A stretch of DNA of 11,019 nucleotides from an uncultured cyanobacterium (GCA_963766075.1 CAVYAN010000014.1:1-11019); one strand, 5' to 3'. Shown: positions 1 to 8,818, numbered from the stretch's first letter. Translations and numbers: made by a program. Notes: generated by a model from the sequence alone, not told the origin.

Positions 1-523
1 TTAATCGGATTGTTGGACTGTGCATCTAGCGATCAATCCACACGTCTATAAACATTACCTTCTATACTCCCCAGTAAACACCAAGAGAGCCCCAGGTGCA
101 GAGTAATCAGTCCGTACCCAGGGCGATCAGTAAATAGGGTGGGTGATGGCAGGCTTGAGCAATCCGGGTGCGATCGCGAAGCAGATGCATGGGGCAATAT
201 CAACTCAAGTGATAAGGAGTAACACGGATGACTCTACGGATTCTTCAGTGAAATTTCCCTCCGTACAATACCGTATTCTGGGTAGAGATTTTCTCAAAAT
301 TGCCCTTTATCCCCCAGAAATCACGCAGAGACGTGGGCCAATGGGCTTAGGTGTTTTGAATTGATGTTCCGCTGAACGACATAAACTCGGGGAGTTGGCC
401 GAAATGCGAACGAATACCAAAGAGCAGATGAAGGTAGGCAATAGTCTGGTTCTAGATTCCGTGAAACTCCATAGAAAGTCTTTAAAGTCGTCTGTTCATA
501 ATAAGTTGGCTGCATTTTCTTGA

Positions 524-550
524 TGCCTGTGGGTCTTATGCCCACAGGCA
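524..550. promoter_or_regulatory. Perfect 10-bp inverted repeat (stem-loop or palindromic site) 30 nt upstream of the wecA-like start
   Basis: TGCCTGTGGG (524-533), a 7-nt spacer, then CCCACAGGCA (541-550). It extends through TGA/TCA with one bulge. The structure is clear but the function is unknown. Confidence 0.5.
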
Positions 551-580
551 ATCATTCTGTCCAAGTAACCCGAGCAAAGT

Positions 581-1658
581 ATGGGCATTCTCATCATTAT
601 TGGTTTGGTGACAGCTTGTGGAACGTTCCTCTGTACTCCCTTGGTGCAGAAGTTTGGGCTATATTTTGGCTGTACGGATCGCCCGGATAAACGCAAGGTG
701 CATCAGCGCCCAATGGTCCGAATTGGTGGCGTTGGAATTTGTCTGAGTACAATTCTAGTTTTATGCGTTTTAAGCATACTTTCTCCTGATTTAAGCTCTA
801 ATTCAAAAGTCTTTTTGGGATTTTTAGCTGGCAGTAGTGGATTCTTTGTAATTGGTATCTTTGATGACATTTTTAATATTCCGCCATTGCCACGATTGAT
901 TGCCCAAATGCTGTTCTCCATACTAGCTTGGCATCTGAATATTCGGGTGGATTACTTACCGATGCCTTTTCTAGGGACGCTAGATTTAGGAATTCTGAGT
1001 TTACCGATTACTGTGGTGTGGATTGTTGGACTAACGAATGCCATCAACTGGATGGATGGTTTGGATGGTTTGGCTGCTGGGGGCTGTCGCGATCGCGGCG
1101 GCACTGTTTGCCGTGATCGGCTGGCAATCGGGACAGCCGCTTCCCACCCTGTTTGCGATCGCTGTTCTGGGTTCTACCCTTGGGTTTCTGTACTATAATC
1201 GGCACCCGGCCCAACTCTTTATGGGCGATGGCGGTGCATATTTTTTTGGGTTTAGCGTGGCGGCGATCGCGGCCTTAACCTGCATGGAAAGCCCTATTTT
1301 CACGGTTGCGGCGGTGCCCTATTTAGTTTTGGCCGTGCCCATTCTGGACATGACTTGGGTGATTCTGGGTCGCCTCTGGGCTGGGAAATCCCCCTTCTAC
1401 CCGGATAAGCGCCACCTGCATCATCGCTTGCTCAATGTGGGTCTGTCCCATCCGGAGACGGTCAACTTCATCCATCGGCTGATGCTCTGGGTGGGAACTT
1501 GGGCAATGATTCTGCTGGGTATGCCCTACGGCTGGATTTGGGTCATTGGGAGTACTCTTTGGTTAGGCACTGTGAGTCGATGGTTGTGGGTGGCTCTGCC
1601 GCAGCCGCAGCTTTCAACGATGAAAACGGCAACCATGCGGCGATCGTTGCTACCGTAG
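581..1658 (+). CDS. wecA: Undecaprenyl-phosphate alpha-N-acetylglucosaminyl 1-phosphate transferase (WecA/TagO, MraY-like Glycos_transf_4 family); frameshifted as sequenced (extra G in G5 run 1079-1083)
   Basis: ORF 581..1198 has DRPDKRKVHQRPMVRIGG, GIFDD and NAINWMDGLDGLAAG. ORF 1038..1658 continues with LFMGDGGA and DKRHLHHRLL. All are family motifs, and the protein is strongly hydrophobic. Removing one G gives DGLDGLAAGAVAIAA and a 358-aa protein. Sugar specificity is inferred. Confidence 0.88.
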
Positions 1659-1843
1659 GCGATACACACAATCTATCCCAATGGAGAGAGACTCTTGTTC
1701 TGTCTCTAAGGATGGCCTAGGTGATATATAACCGTTAGGTCTATTGCGATGATGATTAGGATTGCTCTGCGGCGATCTCAACCGTGGTGAATGACCTATT
1801 TCTGAGCTTGAGTGCAGTACTTTTCGTTAGGATCTATTGAGAC

Positions 1844-2827
1844 TTATTGATACCTGTTTGATGGCCGTTTGTGTTCTTGCTTGATCGAATAGTTCTGAAA
1901 AATAAGGTGTAATATTGCGTTGGGGCACAGTAATAAAATAGCGTGTGCTATTCCTTTTAGAGTCATCTTATTTGAAAGTGAATAGTACTTCGATGTGAAT
2001 ATCTTAAACGCCTCAGATTTGTTCCCAACGCTTAACCATCGTGTGACTGCAGGACAGGCAAATTGATGTAATTTTTCCATACGGGTGGTTTCAAGCTCTT
2101 GGGGCAGGGCTAAAGATTCTATTAGGCCGTATGTAAGGTTCGAATGATTATTATTCCTTGAATTTGATTCGGGAGTTAATCGATACTTAGCAGTAAATTC
2201 ATCAAAAAAATAAAAACTTTCATACTGGGTGGCTAACCGTAACCCAAAATCGTAGTCGCAAGAATCACCGACATCAGGCGTATCTCTATAATGCACAGAT
2301 TGAGCGGCTTTTGTTAGAACCATGTAACCGTCGTTTGGAAATTGTCCGACTAAGGCTGACCAGAGGGCAGACGTTTGAAGCCCCGCATATTTTGCGATTC
2401 TACAGTAGGATCGATTTAATTCTTGAGAACTTGCCTCTAGTATGTCTCCTTGTAAGTTTATAAGATATTGCTTGCCGAAGCAGGCTGTTAATTTTGGTTC
2501 TAATTCCCAGGATTTAGATAATTTTTCTAATGCATCCGGTAATAGAAGATCGTCATCATGTAAAAGTATGAGCCTGTCTCCCTGAGCTAAATCAAATAAA
2601 CTATTCACGTTATTGGCTTGCCCAAGCGATGGTCGATTTCGATAATATCGTATGGTTTTATGGGTCGTGAAGCTCTGAATCTTCTGTTCTGTTAAATCGT
2701 CTTTTGAATCATCGGAAATAATAATTTCAAAATCTTGATATGTTTGGGCAAGGCATGATTCAACGGCCTGCTGAAGTAGATCGGGACGTCGATAGGTAGG
2801 AATGCAAATGGATATCAGAGTATTCAT
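1844..2827 (-). CDS. Glycosyltransferase family 2 (GT-A fold), 327 aa
   Basis: N-terminal ISICIPTYRRPDLLQQAVESCLAQTYQDFEIIISDD, LLHDDDLL (DxD motif) and DYDFGLRLA. The ORF is intact. Confidence 0.93.
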   Translation of the reverse strand: MNTLISICIPTYRRPDLLQQAVESCLAQTYQDFEIIISDDSKDDLTEQKIQSFTTHKTIRYYRNRPSLGQANNVNSLFDLAQGDRLILLHDDDLLLPDALEKLSKSWELEPKLTACFGKQYLINLQGDILEASSQELNRSYCRIAKYAGLQTSALWSALVGQFPNDGYMVLTKAAQSVHYRDTPDVGDSCDYDFGLRLATQYESFYFFDEFTAKYRLTPESNSRNNNHSNLTYGLIESLALPQELETTRMEKLHQFACPAVTRWLSVGNKSEAFKIFTSKYYSLSNKMTLKGIAHAILLLCPNAILHLIFQNYSIKQEHKRPSNRYQ

Positions 2828-2875
2828 TGTGTTTTCCGTGGAAAAATCAATTCGTTTTATGTGTTGATCACCGAA

Positions 2876-4103
2876 TTAATACGCTGATAGCTTGCCGTAG
2901 GTGGCTAATAATTGAGAATTCAAGCGATCGCACCCGTACCGTTTACCGCTGTTTGTCGGGCATTTATTCCTAACGTCTGGCAGGTTTGGGGTTGATGGAT
3001 CAACTGGAGTAGGGCTTGAGCTAAGGCTATGACATCTCCTGGAGGCACGCCAATCGCATCTTGCCCTGGCGTGAAGAGCTCTGCTGCTCCCCGGATTTGG
3101 ACACAATCACGGGCTTGCCACAGGCCATGGCTTCCACGATGACTAACCCAAAAGGTTCAGGTTCGGTGCTGGCATGGACAACGATATCAAGACTCTGGTA
3201 GATCGGCACCATATCCGCCTGGAACCCCAGGAATTCTACATAGCTTTCCAAGTGAAGCTGATTGATCTGGGCCTGCAATTTTGACTGGGATATTTCCGAG
3301 CCTGGAGTGGCATAAATTGGCCCACCGACAATCCAAAATTGCAGCGCGAGATCGCTCGCCCCAATCTGCTGCACAATCTGGGCTGCGGCCTCCAGAAAAA
3401 CCTGATGCCCCTTCCACCGCGCAAAGGTGGCAACTAAGCCAATCCGTAAAGGATGGGGGTTGTGCCTGGGCAAAGGTGCTGGGACGAATTGTTGCGTGTC
3501 GATCGCGTTGTAAATGACCCGGATCGGCAGAGGATGTAGGATGCTTTCGGCATCCTTGGCCACGGCGTAGGAAATCGAGATCGCTTCGGTAGCGAAGTGT
3601 TTCGCCCAGGTTAGGATTTTGGCCACCCAGGGACGGGATTGATAAAAGTCATGGATATGCCAAATCACTGGAGTATGGATTGGGGCTAATGCGGTTTGGT
3701 GCAGCAATGCCATTAAAAGATGGGTTTTAATGCTGTTGGAATGAATCAAATCGGGCTGAATTTGTTGAATGGCTTGGCGCAAGTGCCCTAGGTAGTGCCA
3801 AAGGGCAGGGATCTGTGCGGTGATGTTGCCGAGCACCTGGAGTTTATGGAGGGTGTGGATGGGCCTTGCCTGAGCATGCGATTTAAATTGGCTATCGCCG
3901 ATTTGGCCAATGGTTGTGGGCAAAGGCAATAGCCAAACTTCTACTCCAAGTTGTTGGGCGGCTGCTGCGAGGGGGCCTGAGCCGGTAATGAGCAGTGTGA
4001 GGTGCAGGGTCGGATTGGTCGATCGCAGAGTTGCTAGCCAGGTTAGCAACATGCGCTCGGCTCCACCGATTTCACCCACAGCATTCAAAAATAGTAGCTT
4101 CAT
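2876..4103 (-). CDS. Glycosyltransferase family 4 (GT-B); two single-base deletions near the 3' end as sequenced
   Basis: Motifs GGAER, PDLIHSN, WHIHD, IYNAID, WKGH and EPFGLVIVEAMACGKPV (E-x7-E). Adding one base to the C4 run at 3089-3092 restores SKSGGAAELFTPGQDAIGVPPGDVIALAQAL. Adding one to the T3 run at 2942-2944 restores ARQTAVKRYGCDRLNSQLLATY up to TAA at 2876-2878. Reconstructed length is 409 aa. Confidence 0.88.
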
Positions 4104-4108
4104 CGGAT

Positions 4109-5272
4109 TTAGGCTCCCAGTTGACGATAGGCGTGGGTAATCGCGGCGGTGTGGGCTTTCCAGTTATATTTTTCGGCTTGGGCCAAGCGGTGGGAGTGCG
4201 GCGGCGCGGTGTCACCGTTGGTTAGCACCGAATGAAGTGTGTGGACCCAATGGTCATGGTTGTTGAGGGGGCAGTAGAGCGCCGCTGTGCCTGCCACCTC
4301 CCGCAGCACGGGGATATCACTGACGACAGCGGTTGCTCCACAGGCCAAGGCTTCTAGCAGGGGTAGGCCAAAGCCCTCGGCCTCGCTTGTGAGGACTAGG
4401 GCTTTGGCCTGTCGATATAGCGCGGCGATCGCTCTGCGCGAGAGTCCCTGCCAGTGGTCAATGTGCGATCGCAGATCTAAGCGATCAATCTGCTGCTGTT
4501 GTTCCGGTGTCCAGGTGCCGCTCACTTTCACAAGGCGCAGTGTGGGATGGTGGCGGCGTAATTGGCCAAAAACCTCTAGTAAAATATCTATCCGTTTGCG
4601 GGGGATACAACTGCCCACATGCAGTAGGAACGGGTGATTGCCGAGGGTGCTGAAAAGGGCCTGAGCCTCTTCTGGGGCGATCGCGTCTGGCGTAAATTCT
4701 GGGGCAACGCCCAAGGGGGCGTGGACTAATCGACTGGATTCAATCAATTGATAATGCTCAATTTGCTGCCGCACGATAGTGGTGGAATAAAACACCACCG
4801 CCGCTTTTTGCAGGCCGTCTAGAATGCGCTGGGCCATGGTGCGATACCAGCGGGGCCGTGGTTCCCGTGCAGGCTCCAGTAAAGACCGAAATGCATCAAT
4901 ATCGTGGCAATAAACTCCGGTTCGTTCTGGGGGCAACTCATGGACGAGTTGGGCGTAGGTATGGTCACATACATGGAACCGATCAAATTTTGTAGCGACC
5001 TGCTGCCGCACATGGCGGGGATAATCCCAAAAGCGGTTGATTAGGCGATCGCCATTCCAGGCTGTCCGCCCCAATCCGGGGACCTGAGTCAACCGGTACT
5101 GAAACTGTGGACAAATGCGTTGGGAGTACCACTCCTCCCTAGTTTTTCTGAGCCAATTTTCCTGGAGCATCTGATCCAGCAGCATTTGGGCGCACAGATC
5201 CATACTGAGCCAACCCTCCTCGGGATAGTCACACAGCACAGCCAGACGCATTGGGTTTGTTTCAGAGGGCAT
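4109..5272 (-). CDS. Glycosyltransferase family 4 (GT-B; resembles MtfB/WbpY-like subgroup)
   Basis: Motifs LLHVGSCIPRKRI and SEAEGFGLPLLEALACGATAVVSDIPVLREVAG. The ORF is intact. The start is uncertain (GTG 5281, ATG 5272 or ATG 5251). The stop lies 5 nt before the next start, suggesting an operon. Confidence 0.9.
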   Translation of the reverse strand: MPSETNPMRLAVLCDYPEEGWLSMDLCAQMLLDQMLQENWLRKTREEWYSQRICPQFQYRLTQVPGLGRTAWNGDRLINRFWDYPRHVRQQVATKFDRFHVCDHTYAQLVHELPPERTGVYCHDIDAFRSLLEPAREPRPRWYRTMAQRILDGLQKAAVVFYSTTIVRQQIEHYQLIESSRLVHAPLGVAPEFTPDAIAPEEAQALFSTLGNHPFLLHVGSCIPRKRIDILLEVFGQLRRHHPTLRLVKVSGTWTPEQQQQIDRLDLRSHIDHWQGLSRRAIAALYRQAKALVLTSEAEGFGLPLLEALACGATAVVSDIPVLREVAGTAALYCPLNNHDHWVHTLHSVLTNGDTAPPHSHRLAQAEKYNWKAHTAAITHAYRQLGA

Positions 5273-6450
5273 GGGATTCACAGGATCTGGGAGAGCGTTC
5301 CCCGGCTAACAGGGATTCAAAAAATTCTAAATATTGCCGCGCGACCGGGGTCCAGGCATACCGGGAGTGGGCTTGGTGCAGTCCCCGCTGGGAAAGTTCT
5401 ACCCGTTGCGTAGGACTGCTGAGTAGCCTTGAAATGGCTTGTACCCAAGCATCTTCATCCCGCTCATTGACTACAACTCCAGCCTCCCCAATCACATAGG
5501 GAATCTCGCCACTGTTACTGCCAATCACCGGCAGGCCACAGGCAAAGGCTTCGATCAACATGCGGCCAAACTGTTCGCGCCAGTGTTTGGCGGTTTGGCT
5601 CGGTGCGCAGAGCAGATCCATAGCATTTAAATACTCTGAGACTTGGTGATGGTGCACTTCTGTACAAATGCGCACCCGGCTCGGATAGCGGGTTGCCCAC
5701 TGACGTAACGGACCTTCCAATGGGCCAGTTCCCACAAACAAGGCCCGCCACGGTTCTGTGACCCGATCCAGCGATCGCATCAGTAAATTCAACCCCTTTT
5801 CTGGAACAAATCGGCCTAAATACCCCACGACTGGAATATTAGAATCGGCCCACTCCAGGTGGTCTCGAATTGTTTTTCTGGCTGCTATGTTTGGCGCAAA
5901 ATAGCTCGTATCCACCCCAAAGGGAATGAGTCGCATGGGACGGTTGTAACCGGGGCGATCTGCCAATGCCTCAACTACGGTTTGGCCGGAACAAATCCAT
6001 CCGGTTGCCCGATCCATGGCATACCGCTCAATCCAATTAAACGGTGGCGGGTAGTGTTTGTTGTTGTTTTGGAAGGTGAAGTAAACGAGGGGGATGTTCT
6101 GGAGGCATCCACCAAGCAATTTGTCCTCCGGAAAAGATGTAAGGTTCTTCCCAGCAATGAACCAAGTCCCAACCGTTTCGCAGAATTTGGCGCAGTTGCC
6201 CACCATAGGTCATGACATGAGGAGGCTGACTCAGTTGACCCAAAAATACGGGTACTCCGGTGATTTGGCAAATATCTTCGGGTTCTATCTGCAACCGTAA
6301 TGGACGCAGATCTCCCTGGAAAAACTCTGGAGAGACTACGGTTACGTCCCACTGGTCTTGCCCCAGTCGAGCCATTTCGTTGGCTAAACGGCGGTTGAGA
6401 CCCACAATATAAGAACGACCAATCGAAAGTAGCTTACGAGGGGGTGACAT
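5262..6450 (-). CDS. Glycosyltransferase family 4, tandem paralogue of 6600..7772; one extra base as sequenced (about 6089-6105)
   Basis: ORF 6037..6450 matches the N-terminus of the neighbouring paralogue up to QIAWWMP. ORF 5262..6206 matches from PLVY onward (GRFVPEKG, WREQFGRMLIEAFACG). Removing one base, for example from G5 at 6089-6093, gives 395 aa. Confidence 0.9.
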
Positions 6451-6599
6451 AAACTTACGAAGTGGGTTGATGGGGGAGTGAAATAAGTTCTTCGTCTGTC
6501 AAAAAATCAATTTGAATCATTCATTTTTAGAATTGATTCGGTCGTTTAATCAGTCGTGATTCAAACGTTGCCCCCGTGGATGGAATCGGGATCAGAATT

Positions 6600-7772
6600 T
6601 TAAAGAGTTGGGCTACCCTGGGGCTGGAATTTTTGGGTCACAATAGTCTCAAAGAACTCTAAATGTTGCTTGGCCACCGTTGTCCAGGTATAGCGTTCAT
6701 GGACCCGACATTGCCCCCGTTCAGCCAGTTCGGTGCGTCGGTTTGGACTGCTCAGTAGCGTTGCAATGGCCTCTGCCCAAGCCACCTCGTCTCGCTCATC
6801 GACGACAATTCCAGCGTCCCCGATGACGTAAGGAATTTCGCCGCTACTACTGCCAATGACCGGCACACCACAGGCAAAGGCTTCAATTAACATGCGACCA
6901 AACTGTTCGCGCCAGTTTTTAGTGGTTTGGCTGGGTGCACAGAGCATGTCCATTGCATTGAGATACTGTGGGACCTGACGATGTTGAACATCTGTACAAA
7001 TCCGCACCTGATCGGGATAGCGCGCCGCCCAAGCTCGTAGGGTTGCCTCCATGGGGCCAGTACCCACGAGTAAAGCCCGCCAGGGTTCCGTGACCCGATC
7101 CAGTGCCTGCATGAGTAAGCGCAGTCCCTTTGCTTCAACAAATCTACCCAGATATCCCACGACGGGCGGTCCGGCATCTGCCCACTCCAGGGTCTGCCGA
7201 ATGGTTTGTTTTGCGGTGGGCGATGGCGCAAAGCGATCGACATCAACCCCCAGGGGAATCAGTTGCATGGGGCGCGCATAACCCGGTCGCGATATGAGGG
7301 CATCGGCAACGGTCTGGCCGCTGCAAATCCAGCCGGAGGATCGCCCCATGGCAAACTGTTCAATCCAATTGAAGGGGGGCGGATAGTGCTTGTTGTGGCT
7401 TTGGGCTGTGCGATAGACGAGGGGAATGGAGCGTGGTAACCAACCGGCAATCTGCCCTCCCGCGAAAATATAGGGTTCTTCCCAACAGTGCACCAAATCC
7501 CAGGGCTGCTGCAAGATGGATCGCAGTGGGCGACCGTAGGTCATGATGTGGATGATTTGACTAAAGTAGACAGGAACTGGGTGCATAGGGCACCTGTCCT
7601 CAGGTTCTTGATGCCAGTACTGAGGGCGTAAATCGCCCCGCATTAATGTGGGGGCAACGACTGTCACATCCCAATTTCCTTGCCCTAGGCGGTTGATTTC
7701 GTTGGCTAATCGTCGATTCATACCGACGACATAGGAATGACCGATGGAGAGGAGCTTGCGGGGAGGTGCCAT
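6600..7772 (-). CDS. Glycosyltransferase family 4 (GT-B), 390 aa
   Basis: Motifs IPLGVD, VGYLGRFVEAKGL and WREQFGRMLIEAFACGVPVIGSSSGEIPYVIGDAG (E-x7-E). The ORF is intact. Confidence 0.93.
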   Translation of the reverse strand: MAPPRKLLSIGHSYVVGMNRRLANEINRLGQGNWDVTVVAPTLMRGDLRPQYWHQEPEDRCPMHPVPVYFSQIIHIMTYGRPLRSILQQPWDLVHCWEEPYIFAGGQIAGWLPRSIPLVYRTAQSHNKHYPPPFNWIEQFAMGRSSGWICSGQTVADALISRPGYARPMQLIPLGVDVDRFAPSPTAKQTIRQTLEWADAGPPVVGYLGRFVEAKGLRLLMQALDRVTEPWRALLVGTGPMEATLRAWAARYPDQVRICTDVQHRQVPQYLNAMDMLCAPSQTTKNWREQFGRMLIEAFACGVPVIGSSSGEIPYVIGDAGIVVDERDEVAWAEAIATLLSSPNRRTELAERGQCRVHERYTWTTVAKQHLEFFETIVTQKFQPQGSPTL

Positions 7773-7833
7773 AGGATTTGGAGAAATAGGAGCGAGGGCA
7801 TAGATGGGAGAAATTGGGTCTGCTCGGCGGGGT

Positions 7834-8454
7834 CTACTCTGGCGGGGTGGATCCAGGCTGGGGGGCGGATGGCTTTTGCCAGATAGTTGTTTCCGTCATG
7901 ACATTGCGACTTTGATGCACCATGGGCCAATCTGCTGGCACTCCCCATTCGGGGATGGGCAAGCGGTTCGTGTTGTCTACTAACAGCAAGCCTCCTGGCT
8001 TGAGTTTAGTTAATGCTGCTAGAACACAGGCTTGCCGATAATGCCCATCGACCACGACAAAATCCAGTGAACTGTCGGCAAAGTCGGCGATCGCCTGTAC
8101 GTAGGCGGGGGTTGGGGCATAGTGGGGAACAGTAGGCTGGCTGGGAGGATGCTCAAGGGCAATATACCGACATTCGACATGGGTCAGGTGTTTCTGGTGC
8201 AATTGCGCGGCCACCTGCTTTTGCCAGTCGGCATTGTACTCAATGCTGAGTAGGGACTTGAGCCGGGATCCGAACCATGCGGTGCTGCGGCCACTGCCCC
8301 ACTCTAGGCCGACATGATCACGGGTGAGGTGGTGATCGCAGTACTGGATAGCTCCCTGAGCAAGCCATGGGGCATCAGGATGCGTTATCTCGTAGAACTT
8401 GTAGGCACTGCGGCGTGCTATATAGATGGGATCGAGCAGGGAAGACAATTTCAT
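7834..8454 (-). CDS. Class I SAM-dependent methyltransferase (Methyltransf_24-like), probable glycan O-methyltransferase
   Basis: Motif I GLEWGSGRST, acidic residue after beta-2 (SIEYN), DFVVVDG and LKPGGLLLVDN. It is the first gene of the glycosyltransferase run. The substrate is inferred from context only. Confidence 0.85.
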   Translation of the reverse strand: MKLSSLLDPIYIARRSAYKFYEITHPDAPWLAQGAIQYCDHHLTRDHVGLEWGSGRSTAWFGSRLKSLLSIEYNADWQKQVAAQLHQKHLTHVECRYIALEHPPSQPTVPHYAPTPAYVQAIADFADSSLDFVVVDGHYRQACVLAALTKLKPGGLLLVDNTNRLPIPEWGVPADWPMVHQSRNVMTETTIWQKPSAPQPGSTPPE

Positions 8455-8818
8455 AAAGTTGATGTTCAGAAAGGATTCGGAAAATACTTTAGGAATGGGA
8501 ATTGACTCGGACTACTACTGATTGAGGAGATCCTAAGCACAGTCAGAAAAACTACGGTAGTTATTGAAAGAATGGTTCTAGAGGATAATGAACTTTGATG
8601 ACTGCACTCTCTGCGTGGAATAATGGTCGTAAATTCCGCAAATGGGGAATGCTGTGATGGTGATCCATTAGAATTTACGGAACTCGCCCTCATCATGCCT
8701 TAGGCTTGGCCGTTCACACCACCCGTGAAACTGCGGATCAGTGAGCGTAGAATATCCTAACCTTCTACCCCACTGGTTGATTCTACTGACCTTGAACGTT
8801 ATCCCTCAATTCACATCC
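8455..8818. promoter_or_regulatory. Divergent intergenic region, probable bidirectional promoter
   Basis: About 360 bp of comparatively AT-rich DNA between divergently oriented genes. No specific -10/-35 elements could be assigned. Confidence 0.5.

Noticed and set aside
360..580. Possible riboswitch (e.g. c-di-GMP) in the leader of the priming transferase
   Set aside because: I could not find the conserved aptamer elements by eye. An Infernal/Rfam scan would settle it.
143..696. Short ORFs 143..364 (+), 321..551 (-) and 496..696 (-)
   Set aside because: They have no recognisable motifs and overlap each other or the wecA-like gene. The region reads as upstream regulatory DNA. A small protein cannot be strictly excluded.
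1687..1707. AGAGAC/GTCTCT hairpin after the wecA-like stop as a terminator
   Set aside because: The stem is only 6 bp with a 9-nt loop and no U-tract.
2876..3106. 76-aa minus-strand ORF as a separate gene
   Set aside because: Its last 20 or so residues are the frameshifted C-terminus of the upstream GT4. The rest is off-frame.
3187..7948. Many 60-125 aa antisense or alternate-frame ORFs within the GT genes
   Set aside because: These are shadow ORFs expected in GC-rich coding DNA. They have no motifs and lie largely or wholly within well-supported genes.
8466..8696. 76-aa Ser-rich ORF in the divergent intergenic region
   Set aside because: It has low-complexity composition, no RBS and no domain signature. 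It more likely spans promoter DNA. Ribo-seq or conservation would be needed to support it.
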